Source: Raillietiella orientalis (lineage: Eukaryota). Taken from it: DNA of 64,000 bases. Shown here piece after piece: positions 48,821-59,134 of the stretch. The notes beneath the pieces are model-generated. The model was given only the letters and a program-made list of their open reading frames with translations. It searched no databases and was not told the DNA's origin. Position numbers and translations under genes: made by a program. The stretch lies in the NCBI GenBank assembly GCA_036172245.1, contig JAYWIR010000050.1, forward strand, positions 1 through 64,000. Reading direction: 5' to 3'. Position 1 is the stretch's first letter, and every line of letters starts with the position of its first letter.

Positions 48821-50850
48821 TTTCATCCGGGTAAGCCAAGGCTTTTATTATTTGAAAAACATTTTTACCATTTTTAATTGCTGTCAATTATTAATTACTT
48901 GTATTTGTGTTCCTGTCAGAACACATTGTTCTTATTAGCTTATCTTTTGCACTTGTCCTTTCCGACTGGTATGCCGGTAAGGCCTTCTCCTCTGGCGAAG
49001 GGGACGGGAAAAAGAGGAAAAAAAAACCAAAGAAATAGAAACGCTTGAGGGACAATGTTTATGGGGAGGGGAGGGAAGGTAAGGGATCACTGTTCGCCGA
49101 GGGAAGGCCTCTGCATTTGGTTCCGGATGCGAACAAGTGGTGGCAGAATATTTCTCATCCGGCGCCAACGAGAAGCCTTCTCAATGGAGATGACTGCTCA
49201 GTGGATGGCATTTCGATTACTGCAGCCTCATATTGATGCGTTCCACTTGTCCAATATTCCTCGTATGCAGCCGTGAGCTGCAACACATACGACACCTAGC
49301 AGCGAGTTCCGCATCAAGAGGGGACGGAACATATTTCTACGGTCGCCCATCGCTTCGTTTATGGCCGACGAGAGTCGATCGCACGTTCGGCGGGGAGCAA
49401 CACATTCGATGAGTGAGTGGTCTCCGTTTCACCACAGTTTGTACAATGAGCAGCCAATCTCCCCAATGTCCAGTGAGACAGGCGTGCTCTGCTCAAAACT
49501 CCCCAATAGAGCACAAGCAGCGCCGTCTCCTGCCAATCCAAAGGGAGGGTGTCACTGTCCCAATACGCCGGGGGCCACTGAACCGCCTCCGGAGGCATAT
49601 CTGGCATCTCGTTCCAGCGCACAAGACCATTCGGGATTGTAGCGTCCGCTAGTTCCAGGGAAGTCCACACCTTCATTAGTTTTTCCCTGCATAAGATGAG
49701 GCAGGATACTTCCCACGATGCCTCCTGTTGGCTGTCCCTAACTTCCCTGAGGGAGGGCAGCACGGGGGCAAGGGGGGTGAAGGCAGCCCACATAAGTTTC
49801 CGTGGGTTGCAAACGATCTCCTCAGAGGCTGGCCAGCGTTCCTGCCTCGACGGAGGTAGGAGAAGTCCACAACGCTGGATCCGTTGATTTTTGCCCACGC
49901 GGAAACGGACTCCGGGAGCTAGGTAGTCCTCCTTGCGGGGCTGCAGGAGATCCACGGGTTGCTCCTCACCAGGGCTACCAATGACCGAAGCTGAAACCTA
50001 CAATCGTACAGTCTAAAGTCGTTGGCTACGAGGACTGAAGTCAGTCCGCCGCATCCGGTTGCCCAGTGGGCGAGGAGGCGTATGGGCGCACACCATGGTG
50101 CTGTCCAATATTTTGTCGCAAGGGCAAGTTTCCTTATTTGGAGCTGACGCTCCATGCGCTCCAACGTCAGGAGACCAAGTCCACCGTCCCTGCGTGGAGC
50201 GCACTGGTCTTTCAGTCGGACGCGGGGTCTCCGGTTACCCCAAATTGCTTTTCTGATGGGGCCCCTTGTCCGTGTCTTAATTTGGAGAAAGGCGAAGCCC
50301 ACAAAAAGTAGAGGGCGAAGGAGGGAGGCCGCAAAGGCGTTCCACACCGCGGTCCGTTCCCGCAAGTAAAGCTCGCTGTCCCGGAACGAGCCGATCGCTA
50401 ACTCCACCTTTTGAAGACGGTCGCACCACGCTTCTGCAACGCAGAAGTCCACCAGCGGAACGCCAAGGTACTTGATGTTCTTGCCGGTGGGGATCACCAA
50501 ACGGATCCAATCCGACCGTCCTTCCTGCGACGAGTCCGAGAAGATGATCGACGACTTCGTCCTGTTCACCTCGAGGTCTGTCCCGCGGCGCAGCAACTCG
50601 AAGAACTCCTCGAGCGCCGATGCCGAGATGGACTTGGAGAGCAGGTGCAGAATATCGTCGGCATAGGCCGACACGGCGAGCGTGCCGAGACACGGGCTCG
50701 GCAGGGTTGCCAAAGTCTCCCTGTATGCTCTCAGCACCAACTCAAAGTAGATACTGAAGAGCTGGGGGCTGAGGCTGTCGCCCTGCCGTAACCCGCGGCG
50801 CACCAGCACGCCGTACACGTGTTGCTCTCTAAAAAGGATGTTCCTTGTCA
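48821..50850 (-). mobile_element. Family J-like 3' half (RT to 3' terminus)
   Basis: RQGDSLSPQLF, YADD, KYLG, RRDGGLGL, CTNCGETE; 3'UTR homologous to 25470-25760. Confidence 0.88.
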
Positions 50851-50949
50851 AGGTGCAGCAGCAGGAGGATAGTTAAGCCGTAAAGGCGGTTGGGAAGGCA
50901 GGTCGACTTTGCAATCCTCCCCGACGAGGAGACTTGCCGAGTCGCACGT

Positions 50950-51160
50950 GGTTTCACACCCAGGTTTGCCAAGTACTTTATTATTTCAAAAAAAGTAACG
51001 AGCATGTGCAGGACCACTGGCCGTTTATTGTCCGAAAGAGTTCGGAACCTGCCGAGGCACCGGCACGCAGGCCGGCGAGTTTCGCCTCAGCAGCGGAGGG
51101 GGAAGGGACAAAGAAATACACACTGTTTACAAAAATATGGGGAGACTGGGGGAAGAGATC
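50950..51160 (-). mobile_element. Family F 3' terminus (3'UTR structure and terminal motif)
   Basis: TGCTGAGG...GCCGGC-CTGCGT-GCCGGT...CCTCGGCA stem-loop, AATAAA and GGGTGTGAAACC on the minus strand. Confidence 0.7.
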
Positions 51161-51699
51161 CCAGGTGAGGATTCTGGATTTCTGCTGCTTCGAGCCACTT
51201 TGCCTGCTTGGTGACCCTTTTCTTCGTGTCCACTGCCACCCACTCCGGAAAAGAAACATCGCGTCCGCGGCCTACGCGCAGCCGCCGCGTGTTCGAAGCC
51301 CGCCCGAGGGAGGGTCAACTCAGAACGGAAGAATGCACCGTGAGTTTCGGGCCTCCTTGCTGAATGACGCCGGTCGTCCTCGGTCTGCTGCAGATGTGCT
51401 CTCTGACGAATGCTGATGGCATTTCAAGTCGACTTTCCACAGTCCTTTCTGGCCATCAAGTAGTCCCCCGAGGCTTCCTGTCGGCGTTGAAAATGGAGAC
51501 TTTCCCCCATTGAGGGATCCATCATCCGCTCATTCCGGGGCATTTTGGGACATGTGTAGGACCATCGGCCCTACTCTATCCGAAAACGCTTGCAACCTGC
51601 CGAGTCACCGGCATGCAGGCCGGCTAGGATTGCCTCGGCAACGGATGGATAGGGGCAAACGAAAATTAAAAAACATCTAGAAATCAATAATAAAAAAAG

Positions 51700-53045
51700 A
51701 ACTCAGGGGGTCAAGAAATGGGATCAGTGTCTGCTGGTGGGTATCCTATGCATTCTTGGATGCCGACAATTTCCTTTTGATTATGTCCCATATTGAGTCA
51801 TCTTGCTGCCGTCCTCAGGAAATGCAGGGTAAAGCACATGATATCCCTGTCGCGTCGGCCTTTTCTTGCATAGCCTCAGGCCTCTACACTCTCACATAGG
51901 CAGCATAGGGCTTCTAGGGCTCGAGCAGGCGAAATGGCATCGTGCACGAAGAAGTGTTTGATCACGCCTTCGGAGTAATTCGTTTGGGTACCTAGGGTCG
52001 TTGCGGAACTCAAGAACAGAAGTCGGAGGGCAGCACAGTCAAGAAGCAGATGGAGCAGGTATTCCCGTTCCCCAAACCTGCATCAATTGGAAGACACAGT
52101 CCCCAGGGTCCAATGAGATGGGCAAGCGTTGCACAAATGTCCCCAGTGCAACACCAGAAATGCCGACTCCTGGCACTCCAGGAGTAGGACCCGTTGTTCT
52201 TTAGTGCTCTGTTCTTCATCACTCTAAGGCCTCCTGCGCAATGACCATCAGTTCGCTCTAGAGCAATAATCCTTCAGGTAGAGCAATAAAGGTCACAATG
52301 TCCCTGAGATGACCCGTGGTCCAACCACCCATTTTTCCCGTCTTCTGACTGATTTCACAGCCGACCTCTCATTTAGGCAGCTAATTGCTGCCCAGCTAAT
52401 TGCCGCTCTCAGGAAGGGCAGTGCCGCAGCTAGCGAGGTTATTTACGCCCCCGCACACGTGGCAGGCTGCGCCATTACGTCCTGCAGTGTAGAAGGGAGG
52501 GCAGAACTCGCTGTCACATCTCCTAAATCGCTTCCTTGTCCTGGAACCGACCTAAAACCAAGCACTACTCCCTTCGGTCAGCCTGACCACTCGCCGAAAC
52601 TCCATAACTCAGCAGGACACGTTACGTTTTCTCTGCCGTTCCAGGAACGAAGAGAGTCCCACGTAACCGGTGGCTCGCCTGACCGGATGTTGTGTATCAG
52701 CGGGTGGTTCACATCTTCGCTACTAGGGCGACTACTCTCCACAGGAGCTGTCGCTTCGGACATTCTAGCTGCTCCAACGTCAAGAGGCAGAGGCGCCCGT
52801 TGACACACGGAGCGCACAGGTTCTTCAGGCGGACTCAACGCCTCCCACTGCCTTACAGGGCGATTCTCAGGAGATCCTTCGTCCTCATTTTTATAGTTCT
52901 CGGTGGAGGGAAAACAAAAAACAGAAGGCGGAAGAGAAAAGCTACGAGCGTGTTCTACACCGCGACCCATTCGGTCAGAGAAAACCAGTCTCTTTGGAAC
53001 GGGCCGATCGCCCGTTCTGCCTTCTGAAGGCAGCTGCACCACCCC
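51700..53045 (-). mobile_element. Decayed ORF2 C-terminal region of a related family
   Basis: CLQKAERAIGPF; remnants of LEcQESAFLVLHWG and a CxxCGE..YLLHLLLDC finger. Confidence 0.65.
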
Positions 53046-53677
53046 TCTCCATCTTGCCCCTGGAAAGTTGCATCAAAGCCGCCGGTGCGTCGTGGCTTCC
53101 CCGGAAAACCCGTTTGCCTCCTTTCGAAAGCTGCCGCTTCTATCCTACCAAGAGTCCCGGGCAGGGTTCCTCCCAGGACGTGCGTCTGGATCGAAAGGAA
53201 CTGAGCGCACGCATCGCGACCTTGGTGGCGTGGCGCTTCTTGGAGGCGATGGAACGGCGCGACCGCTTCCGTGCATGCGTCGAGGGTTTCGACAGGAAAC
53301 AGAGCCAAGCAATCGAGGGGCGATCGCAAAGCAAGCGATCCCCAAGCATCTTCTGGTGCAAGACTGCCGGGCAGAGAGCCAAAAAAAATCGCCGCGACGG
53401 CGCTTGGGCGATCCCGGTTGCGTGAGTGGACTGTGACGAAAAATCAGCAATCAGAGGGACACTCAAGGGTGAGAGCGTCTCGGAAGAAGGGTGGAGTCCG
53501 AGATCGCTCGGCCCACCACGGGTTTACTCTTTGCGGGAGCTCGGAATAGTCAGGACCGCGTGCTGAGCACGCGGGTTCAAAACCTGGCGCACGCGCGCTC
53601 GTTAAGAAAGACGTTCCCCATGTCTCTTGAAACCCCCATCTTAGTATGCGGAAATGTCGGTGCAACGGTATACGGTG

Positions 53678-53941
53678 AAGTATTAAGGGGGTGAGTCAAT
53701 TTCCAAATCCTCCTATTATGGCAGGTATTACTAGGAAGAAGATTATGATTAGGGCATGTGTGGTGATAATGATATTGTAGAGTTCGTTGTTGTGGATTGT
53801 GGGTCCTGGTTGTGAGAGTTCTAGTCGGATGATGAGTCTGAGGGAGGTGCCCAAGATACCAGCTCAGGCTCTGAAAATGAAGTATAGAGTTCCGATGTCT
53901 TTGTGATTAGTGGATATGAGTCATCGTTGAATTATTTTCAT
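53678..53941 (-). pseudogene. cox1: Cytochrome c oxidase subunit 1, 5' fragment truncated at the junction
   Basis: [24 protein letters not shown]...MPAMMGGFGNWLTPLML, after which homology stops. Confidence 0.95.
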
Positions 53942-53996
53942 AAGATTTTATATTTTTAACTTTGAAGGTTAATAGTTTATTTAACTTATAATCTTA
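53941..53996 (-). tRNA. trnW: mt tRNA-Trp (UCA), T-armless
   Basis: TAAGATT/AATCTTA acceptor stem; TTAAC-CTTCAAA-GTTAA anticodon arm. Confidence 0.88.
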
Positions 53997-54000
53997 GGGT

Positions 54001-54060
54001 GGTAAAATGGCTGAGAAAAGCGGTAAATTGTAAATTTATTTATGATGGAATCTTTTATCA
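54001..54060 (+). tRNA. trnY: mt tRNA-Tyr (GUA)
   Basis: GGTAAAA/TTTTATC acceptor stem, TGGCTGAG D-arm, GTAAA-TTGTAAA-TTTAT anticodon arm. Confidence 0.9.
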
Positions 54061-54076
54061 TTAATTTAGTATGAAT

Positions 54077-54120
54077 ATTCTTGAGTTTATAGAATTGCAA
54101 GTTCTATGTTATATAAGAAT
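54077..54120 (+). tRNA. trnC: mt tRNA-Cys (GCA), lacking both D- and T-arms
   Basis: ATTCTTG/TAAGAAT acceptor stem; TAGAA-TTGCAAG-TTCTA anticodon arm; 6- and 7-nt connectors. Confidence 0.75.
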
Positions 54121-54133
54121 TGATTGAGTAGTG

Positions 54134-54200
54134 GTACAAGGTAGTGTAAGATGCACACTAAAATTAGAGTTTAGGGGATATGTTGAATGTAACTTGTATT
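54134..54200 (+). tRNA. tRNA with a trnQ-type body but a UAG (Leu) anticodon
   Basis: GTACAAG/CTTGTAT acceptor stem; GTGT-AAGAT-GCAC D-arm typical of arthropod trnQ; CTAAA-ATTAGAG-TTTAG anticodon arm. Confidence 0.75.
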
Positions 54201-54215
54201 GTATATTAATGGAAA

Positions 54216-55166
54216 TTAGGATAGTAGGGATAGTGGTAAGAGCATAAGGAAGTAAGAGATGGAGATTGGTATGAGAGATGTTTTGTGGTGGGTTTGTGGT
54301 TTGTTTATTGGGAGAGTAGTAAAAGATGGTAGTCTAATGTTGAGATAGATTAGGAGAGAGATTGAGGAGGAGATGATTAATGTGATTGCTAGGGGAGTAG
54401 GGACTAAATCTAGGGTTATTCATTTTGGGAGGAATCCTGGGAGAGGTGGTATACCGAATAGATTTAGTAGTGTTAGAAATATTACGGGAGGGGTAAGGGG
54501 GGAGTTGAAGATTGGGATGTGAGTTAATGACTGTATGTTCCTTTTTTGAAAGATTGTGATGGATGCGAGTGTGTTAATGGAATAAATGATTAAGTATGAG
54601 GATCATATTTTAGAGGATGTGTTTATTGAAGATGTTATTCATGCTATGTGGGAGATAGATGAATAGGTCATAAGTAATCGAATAGAGGGAGTGGTTAATC
54701 CTATGATGGGAGCTATTATGGCTCTAAGGATTGTTGAGATTAGGATAATTGATGATGATGATAATAAGGAAATGATGAATACGGGAGCTAGTTTTTGTCA
54801 TGATAGTAATATTTTAGTTGTTGTTCATGAGGAATTATTAATGATGGGTAATAATCAATAGTGGAATGGTAATATGCCTAGTTTTACTAGTATGATTATT
54901 GCCATAGTATTGGATATGATAGAGGGGAAGGAGTTGAAAATAATGGAAATTATTAGGAATATTGAGGATGAAACTGCTTGGATTAGGAAGTATTTTATTG
55001 TGGAATGTGTTGATGAGGCAGTGGTGGGGGTTGCGATAATGGGACATATGGAGATTGTGTTGATTTCTAAACTTATTCATATTATTAGTCAATTGTTGGT
55101 CGATAGTGTGATTAGTGTTCTAAAGAAGACTAAAGGTAAGAATATTAACGATGGAAGGGAGAGGAT
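54216..55166 (-). CDS. nad2: NADH dehydrogenase subunit 2
   Basis: ATC start; WLMMWMSLEIN and KYFLIQ motifs; start and TAA in frame over 317 codons. Confidence 0.9.
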
Positions 55167-55172
55167 AGGGGG

Positions 55173-55234
55173 ATCAAAGAGAACGTGTCATGAATGGGGT
55201 ATGAGCCCATCAGGTTGGTTAGCTTATCTTTGAT
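55173..55234 (-). tRNA. trnM: mt tRNA-Met (CAU)
   Basis: TAAGCTAA D-arm; ATGGG-CTCATAC-CCCAT anticodon arm. Confidence 0.9.
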
Positions 55235-55257
55235 TTTTGTGTGTGTGTGTGAGGTTA

Positions 55258-55319
55258 AAGTAATGGTGTATTAACATGCTATCTTTATCGAAGAAATCCT
55301 TTTTTTAAGGTACATTACT
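55258..55319 (-). tRNA. trnI: mt tRNA-Ile (GAU)
   Basis: AGTAATG/CATTACT acceptor stem; loop TCGATAA. Confidence 0.82.
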
Positions 55320-55331
55320 CTTTGGTTATAG

Positions 55332-55389
55332 CAGGTTGAGTAAAATTTTTATTTTCAAGATAAATGTTTTTGTTAAACTAGTCAACCTG
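55332..55389 (-). tRNA. trnS2: mt tRNA-Ser (UGA), T-armless
   Basis: CAGGTTGA/TCAACCTG acceptor stem; TTTAT-CTTGAAA-ATAAA anticodon arm. Confidence 0.75.
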
Positions 55390-55898
55390 AGCATGGTTGG
55401 TAGGGAGATATTGGAAGGAAGGAATGTTTGTGATGGATTTAATTATTTTTTATACGACAGAATAGAATTATTTCTTTATTTTATTCTAAAATAATTTAAA
55501 GTTTTATTTTAATGGTTAAGTTTACGAATTATTTAATTGGTGCAGTTATATATTCATATATATATATATATATGTAATTACATATGTATATATGTGTTAT
55601 TGTATATAATATCTTCTTATATATGCATATTATATATAATGTAACATAAAAATTTTTCAATACATTAATTATTTGTTATAATAAAATATTAATTTTATAC
55701 CTGACATGTAATATAATAATTATATTAAATTCTTAAAGTGAAAGAAAATATTCTTTGATTTATACATAATCCCAAATGTTTTATATAATAATCATTTATT
55801 GTTATTACTATAAAATGTAATACTTTTAATACAATAAAATTAATTCTTAGAATATTTTTAATTTGAAAAAAAACAAATCTAAAATTTATTTTTTATAA
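55390..55898. promoter_or_regulatory. Mitochondrial A+T-rich control region with a (TA)n tract
   Basis: Non-coding and extremely AT-rich, (TA)n at ~55557-55573, located between the rrnS 5' side and the trnI cluster. Confidence 0.82.
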
Positions 55899-55951
55899 AA
55901 AGAAATAGTTTAATGAATATTTTGTTTACATCAAAAAGGAAAACTTCTTTA
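55899..55951 (+). tRNA. trnV: mt tRNA-Val (UAC), T-armless
   Basis: AAAGAA/TTCTTT acceptor stem, TAGTTTAATGAATA D-arm, TTTTG-TTTACAT-CAAAA anticodon arm. Confidence 0.75.
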
Positions 55952-56694
55952 TGCTAATATGACAGAAATATATGTATTAAATTTAGGATTTAATTATGCT
56001 TCACGTCAAAGCTATTCGCCATGATTTTTGCATGAGGTTTAATGTTAATTGAAACAATAAGCTATATATAAATCTTAGAAGTAAATGTATAGCATTTAAT
56101 TTTACTTAGAAAAAAGATTTGAATTAGTAATTGTTTGAGGCTTCAGAAATATGCGTGCCAGCAATAGCGGTTAAACGTGAGAGTTAAATTAACATTGATG
56201 TCTTATTAATTTAATATAAGAATTTCTGGTTCGATTAATAATTGTTAATTTTTTGTGAGCTACTGTTAGTAAAATAGAATTAGGTACTCTAATATAAATA
56301 GTGGATATTAAAAGATAGGGAAGGGGACTTATATGAATTGGTGGTAATGAGTATTATTAGAGGAGTTTGCTTAATAAACGATAATCCGCGAGGAACTTAC
56401 TTTTTTTAGTGTTTGTATATCGTTGATTTGATTATTTAAGAGTAATTAATTTTCTTAATAAATTGTAATTAAAAGTTCTAATCAAGATGCAGCATAAAAA
56501 AGAATGATTTGTGAACTACATTATGTTAAATTTGGATGTGTTGAATGTAATTTTACATTGAAATAGGATTTAATTGTAAATTTGTTTGAGAAGAGCAAAT
56601 TGAATTTTATAATCATTAAATACAAATCGCCCGTCGCTCTGATATAATATTAGATAAGTCGTAACATAGTAGATGTACCGGAAGGTGTATCTAG
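55952..56694 (+). rRNA. rrnS: mt small-subunit (12S) rRNA; ends approximate
   Basis: GTGCCAGCAATAGCGGTTAAAC, TACAAATCGCCCGTC and AAGTCGTAACATAGTA plus the terminal helix. Confidence 0.93.
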
Positions 56695-57870
56695 GCAAGG
56701 GGGTAATCTACTAGTAAGTGTAGAAATTGACTTGATGTTGATAATTATTTAAAGTTTTGTTGAATTTGAGTATGAAATTATTAGTAAAAAATTTTATTTT
56801 ATAGTGATAGTAAAAAGTACTGAAAAGGATTGTTAATAAATAATGATGAAGTCATTAAAATTAATTATCTTTTGTATCAGAGTGGAATTAATTGAAAATT
56901 TATATTTAATATTCGAATGTTAATGAGTTAAATAAAATGGTTGTTTTATATGACAAAATATAATGAAATTTTATTTAGGGGTGATATGCTGACAAATTAA
57001 TATTTCTAATTATTAGTAAGTAAAAATTAGGGATAAGCTTAGTTTATTTATAAATACAATGATGGGTATAAATTATGAGCTTTGAAGTAGCTATTATAAA
57101 GTTTTAATACTAAGTTAATGTAGATTTTTAAAGTATTATTATAATGTAATGTAATTAATAATAATTTATGTGAAATAATGTTTCAATTAGTAAGATATTA
57201 GGTAAGATTAAATTGTAAAGTGAGAATATTATAAGGAATTCAGCAAAAATTTGTTTAAACTGTTTCTTAAAGACATTTCCTTATGAGTAATATAAGGTAT
57301 AATCTGCCCGGTGTATAATAAACAGCTGCGGTATATTGACTGTACTAAGGTAGCATAATAATTAGTTATTTAATTGGTAACCTGAATGAAAGATTGTATT
57401 AAGCAAGACTGTCTCATTTTGTGTATTTGAATTTTATTTTATAGTGAAAAGTCTATAGTGAGTTTAGGGGACGAGAAGACCCTTTAGAACTAGTGTCTTT
57501 GAATAAATTGAAAATGTGGTAGTAAGCGTAGATTTTGATGAGATGTTATCTGGGGCGGATAATGAGGAATTTATCTTCGTAGTTTAATAATTATATATTA
57601 AGTAATGTTGATCTTGAAATGAAGAAAAAGTTACCTAAGGGATAACAGCGTAATTTTCATGGAGAGTTCTAATTGATATGAAATTTTGCGACCTCGATGT
57701 TGAATTAGGTATCTATAAGATGAATAAGGTTTATAGTAGCAGTCTGTTCGACTGAAAATCCTACATGATTTGAGTTTAGATCGGCGTAAGCCAGATTGGT
57801 TTCTATCTTTAAATAGTAATATATTTTCTTAGTACGAAAGGATTGGAAAATTAAAATATTTTTTTAGGTA
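56695..57870 (+). rRNA. rrnL: mt large-subunit (16S) rRNA; ends approximate
   Basis: AAGGTAGCATAATA, GACGAGAAGACCCT, GGGATAACAGCG, CGACCTCGATGTTG, TAGTACGAAAGGA. Confidence 0.95.
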
Positions 57871-57943
57871 AGGAAAGATTTTAATATCTATGAGTTATGG
57901 AATTATTTGAGTAGTTAAAATTTCTTAGTATTAATGATTGGAA

Positions 57944-58904
57944 ATGTCAGGTATTTTGAAAATTAATGTGTTAATGATTGTTCAAAGAGTATTTGTGATG
58001 TTGATAGTATTGGTCAGTGTATCTTTTGTGACTCCGGTTGAGCGTAAGGTTTTGGGGAGAGTACAATGACGCGAGAGGCCGGGTAAAGTAGGGGTTGGTA
58101 TTTTTCAACCTACTGTTGATGGTTTAAAATCGTTAAACAAGGAGTATTATGGTTTGATAGATAGGAATAAGGTTGGTTATAAGTTGGGTCCGTTGATTAT
58201 GGTGTCAGTGATGGTGGGAATATGAGTGATTTATCCTAGAGGTTGGGGATTGGTGGGAGGAGTAATGGGTTTAATGTTGTTTGTATGTTATTTAACGGGG
58301 AGAATGTATGGGGTATTGATGGGTGGTTGAGCTAGTAATAGGAAATATAGATATATTGGGGTGGTGCGTTCGGTAGCTCAAATGATTTCGTATGAGGTAT
58401 GTATGATTGTTATATTGATGGGTACAGTAGTGTATTTAGGTGGATATGAATTGGATATGGAAGTAGAGGGTTGGTTGGTATTTTGTAGGGCAGGTGGATT
58501 GATTGTATGGATTATTGTATGTTTAGTGGAGGTTAATCGTTTACCGTATGATTTTTTAGAAAGTGAATCTGAGTTAGTATCTGGATATAATGTAGAATAT
58601 GGTGGTGTATTGTTTGTCTTTTTATTTTTGTCGGAGTATGGATTTATTGTTTATTGAAGATTAATTACAAGATGGTTATTTTTGGGGGGTTGTTATATGG
58701 TGAGAATTAAAAGTTTATTTGTAATGTATGTGATTCTTTGATTACGAGGGGTATTACCTCGTTATCGTTATGATAAATTGATATATTTATGTTGAGGTGT
58801 TTTATTGTATTGTGTATTTTATTTTTTATTGTGGGGAGGAGGAGTAAGGATGGCAAGAATGAATGGATATGATTTAATGGTGAGAATAAGGGGGTATGTA
58901 ATGT
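57944..58904 (+). CDS. nad1: NADH dehydrogenase subunit 1 (open frame, incomplete stop T; atypical N-terminal residues; start uncertain)
   Basis: ERKVLG, RSVAQMISYE, EVNRLPYDFLESESELVSGYNVEY, LPRYRYD. Confidence 0.9.
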
Positions 58905-58958
58905 CAAGAATTAGTTTATAAGAATACTAATTTTGGGTGTTAAAGGATTATTTCTTGA
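58905..58958 (+). tRNA. trnP: mt tRNA-Pro (UGG), T-armless
   Basis: CAAGAA/TTCTTG acceptor stem; loop TTTGGGT. Confidence 0.82.
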
Positions 58959-58970
58959 TAAAGGGTTATT

Positions 58971-59025
58971 GCCTTTAATTTATTTTTGATTTACAAAATC
59001 AATGTTTTAATTAAACTAGTAAGGC
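58971..59025 (-). tRNA. trnT: mt tRNA-Thr (UGU), T-armless
   Basis: GCCTT/AAGGC acceptor stem, TAGTTTAATTAAAACA D-arm, TTGAT-TTTGTAA-ATCAA anticodon arm. Confidence 0.85.
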
Positions 59026-59080
59026 TGGTATTGCGAGTGGGAGTAATGGGGGCTGATGCACTTTGTTTGTAATGTATTAT

Positions 59081-59134
59081 TGTTTTAAAATTTATTGATT
59101 TAAAAAATCAATGTTTTAATTAAATTAATAAGGT
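59081..59134 (-). pseudogene. Degenerate duplicate of trnT (anticodon now UUU, acceptor stem broken)
   Basis: Shares AAAATCAATGTTTTAATTAAA and flanking similarity with 58971-59025. Confidence 0.75.

Noticed and set aside
1..53677. Many antisense or overlapping ORFs of 60-290 aa in the ORF track
   Set aside because: These are shadow frames of GC-rich retroelement ORFs or chimeras across insertion junctions, with no independent motifs.
58845..58900. Possible trnL remnant (TGGCAAGAATGAATGG...GATTTAA)
   Set aside because: No anticodon stem forms, and the sequence lies within the open nad1 frame.
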